In this document: positions 61,434 through 64,000 of the stretch, piece after piece
Layout: every line of letters starts with the position of its first letter
Position numbering within the stretch: the stretch's first letter is position 1
NCBI GenBank assembly: GCA_963745835.1
Contig: CAVUZH010000014.1
Location: 1 to 64,000 of the forward strand
DNA: 64,000 nt
Origin: an uncultured delta proteobacterium
Lineage (GTDB): Bacteria > Desulfobacterota > Binatia > UBA9968
Direction of reading: 5' to 3'
Translations under genes and position numbers: made by a program
The notes under the pieces: generated by a model
What the model was told of the DNA's origin: nothing
Databases searched by the model: none
The model's input: only the letters and a program-made list of their open reading frames with translations

Positions 61434-62444
61434 TCAGCGAGCCGTTTCCCCCGGGGACGACTGCTCCATCAAGCCGGTTTTCTCGAGCTCGCGTAAAAGA
61501 CTTTCGTCGATCAAACGCTCGAGATTGACATCTGCGATCTTGGGATTGCGTAACTTCATGAAGCGCTGAATATTTTTCACGCCTTCGATGGAGATAGAGG
61601 CTTTGCGATCGGTGCGCCGCAGGTAATCTTCATAACCGTCGTTAGCCGCAACCGGATCGGTGATGCCCAGCTTTTTCGAGGTGATTTCGATAACCGCAGC
61701 CTTGTTCGCGGGATTGTGAACAAAAGCATGGCTCTCGATCATCGCTTTTAGAGTGTTACGCGCAATCGACTGCTGCTTCGCCAGATAGTCCGATCTGACC
61801 ACGATGCTGGTGCCGACCAGCGGAATTTTTTCCAGGTCGCCCATGAAATGATAGCCGGCGCGTTTCAAACGTTGGCCGAAAACGCCGGCCAGGGACGCGC
61901 CCTGAATCGTGCCCGTCTCAAGCGCCTGGGTGATCACCCGCTGATCACCGAAAGCGGCAAGCAAGATTTTATCGCGGTCAGGATTCAAACCGATCTGTTC
62001 GAGGCCGAGCATCGCCGACATCCAGCCGGTGCCGCCGATGCTGGTGACGCCGATCCGCTTGCCCCGTAAATCGGCGGGCGTTTTGATCTCCGGCCGCACT
62101 ACGAGATCGGTTTGAACGTGGTTGGCAAAGGCGGCGATCATTTTGATATCGAGGCCGCCCACCGCGGCGCCCAAGGTCGCTGTTCCGCCGGTATAGCCAA
62201 AGTGCACGTCGCCGGTATTGAGCGAGGCAATCAAGGTCGGCGATCCAGGGATAAAAATCGCCTGCACATCGAGACCGTTTTTCGCAAAGAACCCCCGCTC
62301 CTGCGCCACCCAAAGCGTCGTTGCCACGGTACTCATCGATGCATAGCCGACGACAACTTTGGGGCGGGTTTGGCTGAAGCCGGCATCAGGTTGGATCGCA
62401 AAAACACAAACAATCGAAACAACTCGAGTGAAAAAACGCCACAT
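61434..62444 (-). CDS. ABC substrate-binding protein, NMT1/TauA family
   Basis: Paralogue of 59191-60204 (LWVAQERGFFAKNG, DLRGKRIG, GGTGWM). Confidence 0.9.
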   Translation of the reverse strand: MWRFFTRVVSIVCVFAIQPDAGFSQTRPKVVVGYASMSTVATTLWVAQERGFFAKNGLDVQAIFIPGSPTLIASLNTGDVHFGYTGGTATLGAAVGGLDIKMIAAFANHVQTDLVVRPEIKTPADLRGKRIGVTSIGGTGWMSAMLGLEQIGLNPDRDKILLAAFGDQRVITQALETGTIQGASLAGVFGQRLKRAGYHFMGDLEKIPLVGTSIVVRSDYLAKQQSIARNTLKAMIESHAFVHNPANKAAVIEITSKKLGITDPVAANDGYEDYLRRTDRKASISIEGVKNIQRFMKLRNPKIADVNLERLIDESLLRELEKTGLMEQSSPGETAR

Positions 62445-62786
62445 GCGGATGACCACCTCCAAATTCAGGTTTCGAATAGAAATACGCCAGCAAAGCGGTG
62501 AAAAATCTCAGCCGCGGAATCTGTTGCCGGAATAACAGAGGGTTGGGTGATTAGTCAATCGAAGGTTTGGTAAAACGGAATAAAGAAACTGGCAACGAGT
62601 TGGATATCGCTAAACGCTGGATTCGATAACGCCGCAGCTCATCGCGCATGTTCATCAGCGGCCAACCGGCAGGCAGTTTCTTTTATCGATCCTGTATGCT
62701 GTAGCGCTACCTTACAAAGCCGAAATTGATATTTACCTCAACCGCGGAAGATGCTCTGCGGGCAACGCTCCGCCACGCCGGCAAGA

Positions 62787-62951
62787 CTACTGCCCCATCG
62801 GTGACTTGGGCCCGGACCGTTCCGATTCCTGCGTCGCCTTACCGATTTTTTCGGAGCATGTTTGACAGTAGCCGTCGGCGGTGTCAGCGATATTATGGCA
62901 TTGATTGTCAGGGTGACCGTGCCCCCGCGCTGTGCATTTGCAATTTTCCAT
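62787..62951 (-). CDS. small Cys/His-rich hypothetical protein
   Basis: MENCKC...HGH...CH...YCQTC with a GGAG upstream. Confidence 0.5.
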   Translation of the reverse strand: MENCKCTARGHGHPDNQCHNIADTADGYCQTCSEKIGKATQESERSGPKSPMGQ

Positions 62952-63028
62952 TAGTTTATTCTCCGAGACTTTGTACCCGAAAATGCTCAACGCTCGAGCA
63001 ACGACCCGACGATGAGGCGTAGCACTGC

Positions 63029-63268
63029 TTATCGTTGCCGAGCCCTGAGGAGTAACTTGATCGCGGCTAACGCAGAGTTGAGAATTTGACGACGAACGAT
63101 TTCATCACCGCTGTCCAAGCCTTGACGAAATTCCATGAAAGGCCACTTTACCGGAACACGCGCCGCGAGAAAACTAAGAGCGGCAAAGACTTCAGACGCG
63201 GCCAGATCCGTATTCAGGCAAGTTTCAAGGGTATTCGCCAAGATGGCTAATGCAGTTAGTTCGTCCAT
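63029..63268 (-). CDS. hypothetical protein
   Basis: 79-aa helical ORF with a strong AGGAGG RBS. Confidence 0.6.
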   Translation of the reverse strand: MDELTALAILANTLETCLNTDLAASEVFAALSFLAARVPVKWPFMEFRQGLDSGDEIVRRQILNSALAAIKLLLRARQR

Positions 63269-63380
63269 GGTATACCTCCTGACTCATTCGCTGCGGGCTT
63301 GATCATATGCGCTTTATCGCTTGCATGAAACAGAACACACAAGACCGCCAGATCCAAGCAGACACAACGGGATGAACTGT

Positions 63381-63800
63381 TCACCCCGCATCGATGCGCG
63401 TAATTTTCAAGATCTGAGCCTGTGCAGGGTACTGGTATACATCGGAAAGAAACTCGTTGATCCTGAGATGTCCGTCGATATCGGCTTTGTTGATTCGGTG
63501 AACAACATTCCAATCCGCGCTGGCGCGATCATTCACGAAGCAAATCCACTCCACTTCGAGATTGGGTACATTTACCAGATCCGCCAAGATCTTGTCCCGG
63601 AATCTGGGAATAGAATATTTCCACTCGTCTATAATGCAGTCGACTCCGCCGCTGAGATTCTTTACAAGCGCAGGGAAGTTCTTGTTCTGGTCCCGCAGAA
63701 AATCACTGAAGAGCTCCGCTCCTGTCTGTGTAGCGAGCCGTTCAGCAATAAAGGTCTTACCGGACCCACACAAACCGAGCAAAAACGTAAGTTTCGCCAT
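63381..63800 (-). CDS. small P-loop kinase-like protein
   Basis: LLGLCGSGKT Walker A; CIIDE; GGAG RBS. Confidence 0.7.
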   Translation of the reverse strand: MAKLTFLLGLCGSGKTFIAERLATQTGAELFSDFLRDQNKNFPALVKNLSGGVDCIIDEWKYSIPRFRDKILADLVNVPNLEVEWICFVNDRASADWNVVHRINKADIDGHLRINEFLSDVYQYPAQAQILKITRIDAG

Positions 63801-64000
63801 ACGTCTTCTCCGCATGCATAGCATTCTTGCCCTTAGAGATCATTGAAATACAATTTCGCTCTGACATAAAGATGCGCATTTCATTAACACTTTCAACTTT
63901 TAACTTTCGCCGGAGCCTCTTGGACTAAATCACTCCGGTTTCGCCCCCCCGGGACGGCGCGATGGCGAGCCCGTTCCTTGTGGCTCCAAGTTGCCGGATC

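Noticed and set aside
63930-64000. GC-rich end segment as tRNA or att site
   Set aside because: No cloverleaf or T-loop motif is recognisable; no tRNA or rRNA was seen anywhere in the window.

Overview
This is a bacterial chromosomal window, probably from a Binatia/deltaproteobacterial-type genome (inference from gene style: multiple NMT1-type binding proteins, amidohydrolases and UbiD). (1) 1-8.1 kb: an integron cassette array on the minus strand with 10 complete attC sites, one partial attC, 10 ORF cassettes and one ORF-less mini-cassette. Upstream lie an attI/Pc-like region interrupted by an IS1202-type (ISNCY) element with a 16-bp target duplication, and only a C-terminal stub of IntI, co-oriented with the cassettes. 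(2) 9.9-16.1 kb: lexA-imuA-imuB with a perfect CTG-N10-CAG box but no dnaE2, followed by a four-helix-bundle gene, an orphan higA and a DUF5131-TcmP pair. This stretch carries seven arrays of 9-bp-period GTTC(A/C)A repeats. Six form three inverted pairs, one bracketing the four-helix-bundle gene and two empty; the seventh is translated inside ImuB. This is the best candidate for an undescribed system. (3) 16-53 kb: core genes (pheA-hisC-tyrA-aroA-cmk-rpsA-sppA-ihfB, miaA, mutL, glpX, apgM, hom, recG, carAB) and a PyrR-attenuated operon with an unusual PyrB-PyrI-Ada-like-PyrR fusion. (4) 53-62.5 kb: a catabolic cluster (HAO, XDH large subunit, a 48-aa Zn-ribbon protein missed by the ORF track, UbiD, 2 amidohydrolases, 2 binding proteins). 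Many single-base frameshifts, including in carB and recG, look like assembly indel errors.
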